From the IMG/VR virus record IMGVR_UViG_3300031998_000005: a stretch of 64,000 nucleotides of DNA. The stretch is one strand, 5' to 3'. The notes below the pieces were generated by a model. That model was not told the DNA's origin. It did no database searches and saw only the letters and a program-made list of their open reading frames with translations. The translations under genes were made by a program, and so were the position numbers. This DNA comes from a virus. Its lineage: Duplodnaviria; Caudoviricetes. Position 1 is the first letter of the stretch. The number at the start of each line of letters is the position of its first letter. Shown in pieces: positions 47,652 to 57,046 of this stretch.

Positions 47652-47667
47652 CGCATTTCACAGGCAA

Positions 47668-49137
47668 TTAAAAGATTACGAGATAGTTCCCCTTTTCGTG
47701 CTTGTAGGCTTGTAGGTCGCCATCGTCAATAGCAGCCTCAATACATTCTTCCTTGCTCTTGGACTCGTCCTTGAACTTATCGTCAAGGTATTCGTCATAC
47801 ACCTCGTCAGCATCGCACCAAGCGGTGTATTGGAACAGGTTGTCAAAGAACCCGCAAGCGTCTTCAATTTCGCCCATTTCGGAGTAGTATTCCCACAGGG
47901 CATCCCAATAATCTTCGTTGTCATCAAGGTAGGCTGCGGACGCACACAGACGCATAAACATATTATAGTCTATGCCCATCATAATCTTGCCACCGACACC
48001 CTCGGATTTCTTACGGGATTCGTTCTGTCCGTGTTCTTCACGCCAATCATCCACAAGCGTAAAGCCCAAACGCAAAAGTTCATCATCTTCGGAAAGCGTA
48101 TCACGAATATCCGTGCCATACACCCCCATAAGATAATCTATCAAATCACCGCAATCTTCATCAGCAACGCACCTGTCCATCAGTTCTGCGAACTTGGGTT
48201 TCTTCCAATGGTTCTTATGAACATCTGCGTAAATCTTTTTTGCTTCGGGCAAAGTAAGATTATTGATAACTTCCTCGGATTTCTTATTTTCAGCAGTGTT
48301 TTTCATAGCACCTTTCTCCCTACAATACTTGCAAAGACCACCATAGCGGTCATAATCATACTCGGTCATAACCGCACCACAAGAGTCGCAGCGTTCCATA
48401 CTCTCTTTCTTGCCGTCCTTGCAGGATTCGGGTTTCTTGGATTCGCTCAACTCGCCACCCAAGACCTTTGCCAATTCTTCGGCGGCTTCCTTGTTAGGCA
48501 GATGAACGTAGAATATGTTTTCGTAATAGTAGTCGGCTCGTTCGTCACCGCCTTCTATCTTGATAGTAAATTCGGGGTCATCCTTTGCCTGGTCTTCATC
48601 AAAGACAATATCATCGCCCTCACCCTCATAGGTATAATACTTGGAGAGAACATCCACCACATCTTCAAGCACATACTCGGCATCGGCATACCCTATAAGT
48701 TCTTCAAAACCATCATAGGTTTCAATTTGAGTAGAACCCCTTTCGTTCTTCTTGGATTCGGACTTACCCGCCTGTTTCAAGCACTTGTCAATAAGCGGGA
48801 AGGGGTCAAAGTCACCAACGTGTCCGTCAGCCTCCCCTAGAACATCGCAATCAGCCGTGTCATATTGACACGTAAGCCAAGAGTGTCCGTTTTCCAAATC
48901 AGTGACAAGAGTCAGCATAAATTCAGTGTCGGGGGCCATTCCCTCGACATTCTTAATGCTGCAATGCCACTCGGCATATCCCTCGGAACCACCATCATTC
49001 CAAGCGTCAATCACATCGCCCTTGTCGCCAATCACAGACTGCACACAAGAACGAAATTCGGATTCAAGGTTCTGCCCATAGGCATTTCCGTATTCTTCCT
49101 GCCCATAGTCTCGTGCAAAATTTTTAATAGCGTTCAT
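47668..49137 (-). CDS. putative cargo polyprotein (about 5 modules)
   Basis: Linkers KSESKKNE, SESKKPES...KKES, ENKKSE, NESRKKSE; one CDSC...CKYC module. Confidence 0.6.
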   Translation of the reverse strand: MNAIKNFARDYGQEEYGNAYGQNLESEFRSCVQSVIGDKGDVIDAWNDGGSEGYAEWHCSIKNVEGMAPDTEFMLTLVTDLENGHSWLTCQYDTADCDVLGEADGHVGDFDPFPLIDKCLKQAGKSESKKNERGSTQIETYDGFEELIGYADAEYVLEDVVDVLSKYYTYEGEGDDIVFDEDQAKDDPEFTIKIEGGDERADYYYENIFYVHLPNKEAAEELAKVLGGELSESKKPESCKDGKKESMERCDSCGAVMTEYDYDRYGGLCKYCREKGAMKNTAENKKSEEVINNLTLPEAKKIYADVHKNHWKKPKFAELMDRCVADEDCGDLIDYLMGVYGTDIRDTLSEDDELLRLGFTLVDDWREEHGQNESRKKSEGVGGKIMMGIDYNMFMRLCASAAYLDDNEDYWDALWEYYSEMGEIEDACGFFDNLFQYTAWCDADEVYDEYLDDKFKDESKSKEECIEAAIDDGDLQAYKHEKGNYLVIF

Positions 49138-49149
49138 CGTTATCTCTCC

Positions 49150-49842
49150 TTATGCGATATTGCCATCTTCAGTGAACTCGTATTCACGCCATTCAATTTC
49201 GTCCTTGATGTCATCATCGGACACTTCGTAGAACCAATCATAGCCGTCATCTCCAAACTGACTATCTATGTGACCCATAACATCACGAGCATAGGTTTCA
49301 AGTTCGTTCAACAAACCTATTTCGTCATCAGTCAGTTCCACGTCATAGTCGGGAACGACCTCAAGGCGGTCAGCCAACGAGTAGCCGTAACGATTGTTAT
49401 ACGCAAGGTCAATATCATAAATATCTGCCTTGTCGCACACAGCCTTGATAGCGTCCTTGTCCGAAAGGGGCTTGATGTTAGAACCCGTAAGCGGGTATTT
49501 AGACACGTCCGCATTCAGCAAATCATCTACACGCAATTTGCCGTAAGTATTAAACCCATCGCCCTGGGAATAGGACAGGGAATACTGCACTTTCAAATCG
49601 GAGTTCGGGAACAATTCATCAAGACACGTTACACACGAATCCGAGAACGTGGAGTAATCATCGCTACGAATACGCAGGATTTCTTCTTTCACTGCGTCCT
49701 TTGCCGTTTTCTTGGCTTCATCGGAAAGTTCATCGTAGGAATAAACGTCATAACTAGGCGGTTGAATCGTCCGCTTTTCGGAACGCTTATTCTTGGCGAG
49801 GCTTTCAATCTTCTTGTTCATAGAACACTTAAACTTTTTCAT
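49150..49842 (-). CDS. putative cargo protein
   Basis: Leader MKKFKCSMNKKIESL...KRSE; YDELSDEAK...SQGDG...EYEFTEDG motifs. Confidence 0.6.
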   Translation of the reverse strand: MKKFKCSMNKKIESLAKNKRSEKRTIQPPSYDVYSYDELSDEAKKTAKDAVKEEILRIRSDDYSTFSDSCVTCLDELFPNSDLKVQYSLSYSQGDGFNTYGKLRVDDLLNADVSKYPLTGSNIKPLSDKDAIKAVCDKADIYDIDLAYNNRYGYSLADRLEVVPDYDVELTDDEIGLLNELETYARDVMGHIDSQFGDDGYDWFYEVSDDDIKDEIEWREYEFTEDGNIA

Positions 49843-49857
49843 AGTTCCGTCCTTTTA

Positions 49858-50292
49858 TTAAAGTTTAGACGCTGCCAAAGATACAGCCCCCGCAAGAGAA
49901 ACCATATCTTCCTTTCGTTCGTCCATAGCCTTCAGCAACTGACGGAGCGATGGAACACCCGCCAAACCGCTGTTACGATACATTTCCGCTTCGTCTTCGG
50001 GGTCAAAACCATCGGCATATTCTACAAGTTCGTCTGCCATCGCAGAAATGGTTTCAGCAAAATCTTCCCCTGCGTTCCACACCACAGAAAACGTAGCGTC
50101 ACCACCTGTAGAATAATCATAACCCGAAATCTCGGCACAGATTTCACCAGGACGATTTTCGGAAACATAAGCGGATTCAAACATCGTCCCCGCCTTTCCC
50201 ATCACACCTTCAAGCCAATCTCGGATAGCGTCATAATCGCTATAGGCTTCGTTCTTCTTGGATTCACGAACCTTAATCTTCATCTTGGACAT
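49858..50292 (-). CDS. putative cargo protein
   Basis: Leader MSKMKIKVRESKKNE. Confidence 0.6.
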   Translation of the reverse strand: MSKMKIKVRESKKNEAYSDYDAIRDWLEGVMGKAGTMFESAYVSENRPGEICAEISGYDYSTGGDATFSVVWNAGEDFAETISAMADELVEYADGFDPEDEAEMYRNSGLAGVPSLRQLLKAMDERKEDMVSLAGAVSLAASKL

Positions 50293-50304
50293 AATATATT
50301 CTCC

Positions 50305-53300
50305 TTACACAAAGTAGAACAGGTTGGAACTACGGGCAGTAATCACATACTTTTTGCCCTCGTTATCACGGAGCAGGGCACCGTTCATTCCGTAAGTTCC
50401 ACGGCTCACACCGATGGTTTCAATGCCCTTCTTGCGGAGTGCCTTGGCTTCTTCATCGGAAATGGTCGTGATGTCTTCGGCTTGACCAAAACGAGCCATA
50501 TCTTTCAGTTCCTTCTGCTTCAAGGTAAGGCTCTCGGACTTCTTGGATTCATTTCTAGGGTCATACAAAATACTTGCACGATTAAGACTAGAAATAGGCA
50601 AACTAAATTCCTTACCTGTATCTACGGACTGACCCACAAATGTGCGAGGTTTTAGTTCACGAATATACTGCTTTACCCCATCAAGACTAATCATCATACC
50701 TACAACGAATTTAGTCTTGCCGTGCTTAAAATAGTCACCATCGCTATAACAATCCTTACAGAAAGCCCGATTACCCTCTCCCCAAATAGGGTCATCTGTG
50801 GGATTGCCACAGATAGAACAGATTACAGTTGCTTTCTCGGACTTCTTGGCTTCTTCCTTGCATTCGGGCAGATAGTCGCCTTGGAAAGTCTTGGTAGTAG
50901 CATAATACCACTTGCCGTCCTTATCGCCAAAGTAAGTCTGTCCAACAAGATTGCCGTTAATATCCATAGCATAGCCCGCAGTGTGGAGCCACTGCTTATT
51001 ACGAATATCGTTGAATTGTGCAGGCGTAGTAATCTCAACTGCGTCCAACGTCTTCATCTTGTTAATAAGGTCGGCACGGCTACGATACATACGATTACCC
51101 AACTTCTTCGGGGGCAAACCTTCGGTCTGCTTGCTTTCGTCATTAGCCTTGATGTCCTTGATTACAGACGGTCCATACTTTTGCAAGTAGGCGTGATAAT
51201 CGTCCATCGTCACGATTTCTTCGTAGGCACGACTATCCTTGTCAATAACATTAGTCACGGCTGTAGAAGCCCAACGCTTTAACTTTTCGGGCAGTCTGTC
51301 TTCAAACCAATCGTAGGCGACTTGCCACATAAAGTCAGTGTCTTCCTTGTCAATAGCGTCATCCTTGCCGTAGCCATAATACTTTTTCTTGGCTTCGGTC
51401 TGCTTGCTTTCGTTAGCAGGGTGTTCCGCAATCAACTTTTTAAGGTCGGCAGTAAGGTCATCCCACAGGTCTGTCAGTTTGTCTGCGGTGTAAGCCTTAT
51501 CCCACTCACGGATAACGCCAGGACCGATACCATCTTCATCAAAATCAAGAATATACGAAGCATTATCCGTAGTGCCATCATCGCAAATACCAAGAGCCAC
51601 AAGGACACCTGTGCCATCGGGCAACCACGTATAACATTCAACGTAATCGCTACTACCATTATCGCTATCCAAAGCCTCCGTATCATCAAGACCCAAATCA
51701 GCAAGAGTATTGCACAGGTCGCTGTATGCTTCGGAACCTTCTATTTCGGGGTCGCAATAGAAATAGTTTTTAAGTGTGTCGTGTCCGTATTGGTTCTTGG
51801 CTTCGGACGGCTTACCATCTGCGAAAACCTTGCGGTCAAGATAGAAACCCGCATCGCTAGGGTCATCTGCAAAAGAAGCGGAGTCGTTAGCCATTATCCA
51901 ATCGTTCAAAAGCCCCGCAGCCTTACTCACGCTACGTTCTTCATCGTAGTAAGTCGCCAACATATTGACGAAATGATTACCTTCTTTATCAGTAACAACC
52001 TTGCCACGCTTGGCAAGCCACTTGCTAAAATTCTTGATGTAGCGTTTACGCAATAACGCCATCACGTCCTTTTCAAACTTATCCGCTTCGGGGTCGGCAT
52101 CGTAGTTCACGAAATCGCCAACCTTGAACGTAGCGTCCGCTTCGTTCTTCTTGGTCTTATCGTCCTTACAATCCTTGCCCTTACAGCCCTTGTCATCGTC
52201 ATTACCCTCGGACTTACCGCCTTCGGAGTAAATGTCAAAATGCGGACTGCCGTTCACGCCATCCATAATAGCAACGTAGTCACCATCATCACTAGAACCT
52301 GTCAGTTCGCCATTGGCGAGTTTCTTGACAAGTTTTACGGCTTTATCGCCACCCTTATGGTCAGTAGTCAGCACTATAAGCATTTTAGGTTCACGACAAA
52401 GACCAAGCGGGATTTCTTCGCCATCAATAGACACATAGTCCTGGTCAAAGCAAGAGTCTACAAAGTCATTCAGCCTTTGCAAGTATTCGTCCATAGCATC
52501 GGGGTCTTCATCCCAATTCTCGCCATACTCGTCAATAATATCCTGCAACCTGTCTGCGGGGAGGTCAAGTTGCTCACAGGCTTCATCGTGGGTCATAACC
52601 TCGGCACCACGCCAAATATCTTCGTAGGCTTCGGACTTATCGCCCTTGGCGTAGTAGTCCATCTTGTTATCAAAGGCTGCGTATCGTGCTTTCTTGCGAT
52701 AGTCGGCAGTTGTCTGCTTGTCGCTAGACGAAGCCCAATAGATGTCAAACGAGTCGCCCACAATGTCGCCATTCGGCTTTTCCTGTTCGCCTGCCATAAC
52801 AATCACTTGCACAACGCCATCATCATCCTTGTAGGAATCAGCAAGTTCTTTCGCAGCATTGATAGCGTCATCTTCGTCATAGAAAGTTTTAGCCGCCTGC
52901 ATATCGTCCAAGCCTTCCTCATCGCCATCGGCATCAATGCGAGTAAGGTCCAGGGTGAAGATGTCCTTGTTGCCCTCGGCTTCGGACTTCTTGCTTTCAT
53001 CCTTTGCGTTAAGACCAAATGTTGAAGATATGCCCAAATCGTCATCAACGCAAAGGTCAAACCACTTCTTGCCAAAGGCTTTAAGGGCATCACGGTCATT
53101 GCCGTAAACATATACGGCTTTACCACCTGGAGGCAGTCGGGGGTCTTCACCCAAGTTGCGGGCGTATTCTGCACCCTTCGCAGCGTCTTCGTTAGACGTG
53201 AACACGATGACGAAGTAATCGGAGCCTTCGGCTTTATTAGACTCGGATTTACCACCAAGGACAGCATAAATCTTACTAACAAGTTCATCATCAAAATCAG

Positions 53301-54102
53301 CCCAATTAGTGCTTTCTCCCGTTTCGTCTTGAAACTCCACGGTGCCATCGCCCCAAACATTGACTTGTCCATAAGTGTGTCCGTCGTATTCAATCGGGTC
53401 AATCATAACTGCATCGGACGAGTCCCATTCAACTTCAATGCCGTCCTTATCACGATAGCAAGAGTTTTCGTCATCCCAAGTCCAACCCGCAGCCTTGGCA
53501 GCGTAGTGGTCCATATTATACTTGGCATAATCGTCAATAGACAGACCCTCGGACTTTTTGGATTCGTTAATAATAATACCCATAGCCTTAATATCGGGGT
53601 CATTCGCCATTTCTCTATGCAAATCAAACAAAGGCTTATACTTGTCTAACAGTTCTTTAGTAAACACGGAACCCATCGTAGAATACCCTGTATCGCCAAG
53701 CATAATCTCACCAAACTTGCCAAGAGAGTTTGAGCGTATTCGCAACTTACCACCAAGTTCTTTTGCTCTCTTACGATAAGCGTCCAACGTGGCTTCGGAC
53801 TTTTTGGATTCGTTAGACATAGACCAGAACCCGAAGTCCGCTCCATCGCCTTCGCTTGCACCAAAGTAGCAACCGTCGGGAGCGATTTCATTGAGCAAGT
53901 CAGTGAGTTCATCCACGACCCATCCCATAGTTTCATCGTCAAGGTTCTTCCAATCTTCAACTTCGGGATTTTCCTTGATATATTTGTCATACTTATCCTT
54001 GCCGTAGGTCTTCAAGACACCAAGGAATTTCGGGATAAGGTCATCGGATTTGAGAGTTCCACTAGACACGGAACGGTCACGCAAGTCTTCAATGTTTGCC
54101 AT
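50305..54102 (-). CDS. 1265-aa putative cargo polyprotein with about 12 ESKKSE-type linkers
   Basis: Unrelated domains of roughly 70-140 aa separated by NESKKSE, DESKKSE, ESKQTE, KSE or KKNE. Confidence 0.65.
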   Translation of the reverse strand: MANIEDLRDRSVSSGTLKSDDLIPKFLGVLKTYGKDKYDKYIKENPEVEDWKNLDDETMGWVVDELTDLLNEIAPDGCYFGASEGDGADFGFWSMSNESKKSEATLDAYRKRAKELGGKLRIRSNSLGKFGEIMLGDTGYSTMGSVFTKELLDKYKPLFDLHREMANDPDIKAMGIIINESKKSEGLSIDDYAKYNMDHYAAKAAGWTWDDENSCYRDKDGIEVEWDSSDAVMIDPIEYDGHTYGQVNVWGDGTVEFQDETGESTNWADFDDELVSKIYAVLGGKSESNKAEGSDYFVIVFTSNEDAAKGAEYARNLGEDPRLPPGGKAVYVYGNDRDALKAFGKKWFDLCVDDDLGISSTFGLNAKDESKKSEAEGNKDIFTLDLTRIDADGDEEGLDDMQAAKTFYDEDDAINAAKELADSYKDDDGVVQVIVMAGEQEKPNGDIVGDSFDIYWASSSDKQTTADYRKKARYAAFDNKMDYYAKGDKSEAYEDIWRGAEVMTHDEACEQLDLPADRLQDIIDEYGENWDEDPDAMDEYLQRLNDFVDSCFDQDYVSIDGEEIPLGLCREPKMLIVLTTDHKGGDKAVKLVKKLANGELTGSSDDGDYVAIMDGVNGSPHFDIYSEGGKSEGNDDDKGCKGKDCKDDKTKKNEADATFKVGDFVNYDADPEADKFEKDVMALLRKRYIKNFSKWLAKRGKVVTDKEGNHFVNMLATYYDEERSVSKAAGLLNDWIMANDSASFADDPSDAGFYLDRKVFADGKPSEAKNQYGHDTLKNYFYCDPEIEGSEAYSDLCNTLADLGLDDTEALDSDNGSSDYVECYTWLPDGTGVLVALGICDDGTTDNASYILDFDEDGIGPGVIREWDKAYTADKLTDLWDDLTADLKKLIAEHPANESKQTEAKKKYYGYGKDDAIDKEDTDFMWQVAYDWFEDRLPEKLKRWASTAVTNVIDKDSRAYEEIVTMDDYHAYLQKYGPSVIKDIKANDESKQTEGLPPKKLGNRMYRSRADLINKMKTLDAVEITTPAQFNDIRNKQWLHTAGYAMDINGNLVGQTYFGDKDGKWYYATTKTFQGDYLPECKEEAKKSEKATVICSICGNPTDDPIWGEGNRAFCKDCYSDGDYFKHGKTKFVVGMMISLDGVKQYIRELKPRTFVGQSVDTGKEFSLPISSLNRASILYDPRNESKKSESLTLKQKELKDMARFGQAEDITTISDEEAKALRKKGIETIGVSRGTYGMNGALLRDNEGKKYVITARSSNLFYFV

Positions 54103-54117
54103 AATGCTAACCTGTCG

Positions 54118-54264
54118 TTAAAAATTGGGAATAAAGTCGGGGAGAACATCGCCCTTGAAGTTCCCCTCCCACAATGCGTCATCACGCTCGTCTTTCGGTG
54201 CATACATCGCAAGGACGTATGACAAGTAGTTATACGAAGACGGCTTTTCAGTTTCTTCTGCCAT
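54118..54264 (-). CDS. small hypothetical protein (48 aa, MAEETEK...)
   Basis: Read manually; GGAG SD; fills the gap. Confidence 0.45.
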   Translation of the reverse strand: MAEETEKPSSYNYLSYVLAMYAPKDERDDALWEGNFKGDVLPDFIPNF

Positions 54265-54270
54265 AGGACA

Positions 54271-54495
54271 TTACTCCATTTCCGAAGTGTCCACATTGAA
54301 CACAATCTTGCCGTGGCAATCGGGAGTGTCCCAGATGTTGTCAATGGACATAATTTCAAGTTCTTGGTATTCATACGACATATCGTCATATTCGCCATCA
54401 AAGATTTCTTCAGCGTTGCCGTCCTTCAAGTCCACCAACACTACTCGTTGCATCCCTGCGTCTGCAAACAAATCCATAACGTCACTGACTGTCAT
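54271..54495 (-). CDS. small acidic protein
   Basis: 74 aa, GGGAG SD. Confidence 0.6.
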   Translation of the reverse strand: MTVSDVMDLFADAGMQRVVLVDLKDGNAEEIFDGEYDDMSYEYQELEIMSIDNIWDTPDCHGKIVFNVDTSEME

Positions 54496-54569
54496 AGGAA
54501 AACTCCCTTGTTAAAGATATTTGTCAATAAAAATAATAAAATTTTTTGCCTTGCGAACAAATACATAAT

Positions 54570-54605
54570 AAAAAAGCACCCCCGCCATAAGGCAGGGGCA
54601 CTTTT
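54570..54605 (-). terminator. intrinsic terminator after the major capsid gene
   Basis: GTGCCCCTGCC-TTAT-GGCGGGGGTGC plus U6. Confidence 0.75.
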
Positions 54606-54628
54606 CAAAGGTTCACACCTTTTACGGA

Positions 54629-56275
54629 TTAGCCGTTGCTTCCGCTACCGCTACCACCATTCGGGGTGGAGGTAAGGAACACATTGACATCCGCAGCGGG
54701 GTCGGCATCCTTGGTGATGACGATACGCTGAACGAACTCGGCAACCACAGGTTCAATCGCCTTCCAAGAAGCGATAGCACGCTGCTGTTGGAACGGGTTT
54801 TCGGCAACCTGCATAGTGTCGGTGAGGAACACCGGCATATAGGTAGCACAGACCACAGGTGCTTCAAACGGAGAGTTATCACTGCTGTAAGCACAGATAA
54901 CTTCGTTCGGAGCAACGATGGCGTTGGAACGGATAACCGTGATGCCTTCGTTTTCAAGAGTGCCATACACGTGCGGGCCAACGAGGTTGGTCTGCGGTGC
55001 AAGACGGAAACCAGGCAGAGAAGCGATATACTGACAAGCGACATAGCCCGCCACAATCTTGTTGGCGTGACCCTTACCCGCACGGCTACCGATGGCGGCA
55101 GATGCAGCCTGGATAGTGTAAAGGAAGGACTGACGATGTTCAAATTCGCTGATACCAGGAGTCTTGTTGAGATTCCAAGTAATCGGCTTCCACTTGTTAG
55201 CACACTTGACGTATGCGGCAAGAATCTTCTCGCTTTCAGCCATCGCCATATGACCCGTAAGGTCAGCGAGAACTTCATCACTTGCAGCCTTGCCGAAACG
55301 CTTGTTGAACTGGAAGGACTTGAACGTGCCCATCATTTCCTTAAGACCGATGATTTCAGCAGAAACCACCTTGGAGTCAAGGGAGTATTCAATAGCAGGA
55401 ACGTCCGGTGCCTTTTCAAAGTCCACATCATAAGTCACGCCACCCTGGTAGCCACTCGGAATAGTGAGAACGAGGTCACCACCATCCTGTGCAGCAGTCA
55501 CAGCAACCTTGCCGTAGAAAGTCGGCAACTGACCAGGACCGCCACAGACACCAACGATGTCTTCAACCTTGCCATCCTTGTCCACAAGACGCACGTTAAT
55601 CGGCATATTCCAACGGAGATTGCCGACACCATACTTGATGGTAGCCTTGCCGTCTGCAGCGATGACAAACTGACGTTCGGACATATAGCCCGTCGGAGAA
55701 GCCTGCCAACCCTTGAGAGCGTTGAACGTGATAGCGTCAAAGTTCTTGGCTGCGAGAGTGGCAGCGTCCAAATCGCCTTCGCCACTATCAGCAGGGCGAC
55801 CACGAGTGTCCAACCACTTCTTCCAAGCACCCGCAAAGGTCTTGTCGCCTTCAAACTTGCCGTCAGCGTCCATCCAGCGGTCTTCGGGGAGAGTCGGCAG
55901 ACCATTCTGTGCGGTCAGCGGATAGCCGTGGGTAAAGGTCTTCTTAAAGTAAATCAGACCCTGGGATTCATCAAGCGTCTGCACACTAGCCAACTGCGGA
56001 GCGATGGAGAGTGCGTAAGTGGCACTGATAAGGTCAAGAGCCACACGGGGGAGAACGCCAAGGCTAGAAGCCGAGGAGTTTTCGTTCACGTAGGATTCGT
56101 AACGCTTATAGTTGTCCATCTGCTGACCCAAGTTGTAGCGGGCGGTAGCAGAAAGAGTGCCCTTAAAGGACGGGGATTTAGCAAGTGCTTCAAACTGCTT
56201 GCTATAACGAGCATCGTAGGATTCTACGAGGCGGTTGAATTTCTGGTTAGACATTTCTTCAACGGAAGTCTTCAT
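54629..56275 (-). CDS. major capsid protein (T4 gp23-like)
   Basis: 548 aa; IAPQLASVQTLDESQGLIYF, GKGHANKIVAG, VYGTL, VCATYMPV...ENPFQQQRAIASW motifs of the gp23 family; follows the scaffold gene. Confidence 0.88.
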   Translation of the reverse strand: MKTSVEEMSNQKFNRLVESYDARYSKQFEALAKSPSFKGTLSATARYNLGQQMDNYKRYESYVNENSSASSLGVLPRVALDLISATYALSIAPQLASVQTLDESQGLIYFKKTFTHGYPLTAQNGLPTLPEDRWMDADGKFEGDKTFAGAWKKWLDTRGRPADSGEGDLDAATLAAKNFDAITFNALKGWQASPTGYMSERQFVIAADGKATIKYGVGNLRWNMPINVRLVDKDGKVEDIVGVCGGPGQLPTFYGKVAVTAAQDGGDLVLTIPSGYQGGVTYDVDFEKAPDVPAIEYSLDSKVVSAEIIGLKEMMGTFKSFQFNKRFGKAASDEVLADLTGHMAMAESEKILAAYVKCANKWKPITWNLNKTPGISEFEHRQSFLYTIQAASAAIGSRAGKGHANKIVAGYVACQYIASLPGFRLAPQTNLVGPHVYGTLENEGITVIRSNAIVAPNEVICAYSSDNSPFEAPVVCATYMPVFLTDTMQVAENPFQQQRAIASWKAIEPVVAEFVQRIVITKDADPAADVNVFLTSTPNGGSGSGSNG

Positions 56276-56293
56276 AATGTCTTCTCCTTATGG

Positions 56294-56860
56294 TTAGGCT
56301 TTCTTGCCAATTTTGGAACGGAATTTCGCACGGGCTTCGTTGCAAGCCTTTTTACGGGCTTCGGCAGAACCCTGCTTGGATTCAGCCTTCTTCGCAGCAC
56401 GGCGGGCTTCAAGACGCTTGCGGAACGCTTCTGCACGAGCCTCATTACGGGCGGGAGCAGTAGCCTTGTTAGCAGAACGTCTGGCTTCAAGACGCTTGCG
56501 GAATGCTTCGCGGCGGGCAGCCTTGCGGGATTCTTCTGCGTCCTTGGGTTCTTCGCTACCTTCAACAGACGCAGAACCGAGAACTTCCTCTTCTTCCACA
56601 TCTTCCTTGGAGTTAGTGAGAACAGCGACAGTCACCGAGTTTTCGTTTTCCGGGTCGGGAGAAACGACAACCTGGATGTCCTTGTCTTCATCAGCGAAAA
56701 CGACTTCCGTTTCAGCAGCGTCCAACTTAACGTCGCCAACTTCAACGATGTTGTCATCTTCACGGAGTTTCTTTTCGGCTCTACGGGCTTCAAGACGCTT
56801 GCGGAAAGCAAGAGTGCGAGCCTCGTTGCGAGCAGAGATAGAGCGTTTGTGAGTAACCAT
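56294..56860 (-). CDS. putative prohead scaffold or core protein
   Basis: Start moved to MVTHKR after AAGGAG; three AFRKRLEARR repeats; immediately upstream of the MCP gene. Confidence 0.6.
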   Translation of the reverse strand: MVTHKRSISARNEARTLAFRKRLEARRAEKKLREDDNIVEVGDVKLDAAETEVVFADEDKDIQVVVSPDPENENSVTVAVLTNSKEDVEEEEVLGSASVEGSEEPKDAEESRKAARREAFRKRLEARRSANKATAPARNEARAEAFRKRLEARRAAKKAESKQGSAEARKKACNEARAKFRSKIGKKA

Positions 56861-57046
56861 AATAATGGTCTCCTTGTTAGGGTTCTTGTTTTTTCTAGTG
56901 AAGCGGGAAACCCGCTCTCCTACAAGGGTTAATTTGTGCGTAATGCACGAATTGGCAGGGAAATTGCCTACCCTTTGACAACAGAATATAATAAAAAAAT
57001 TATGCGATTTCGCAAAAATCGCAAAGAAAATGTCAAAAAATGTCAA

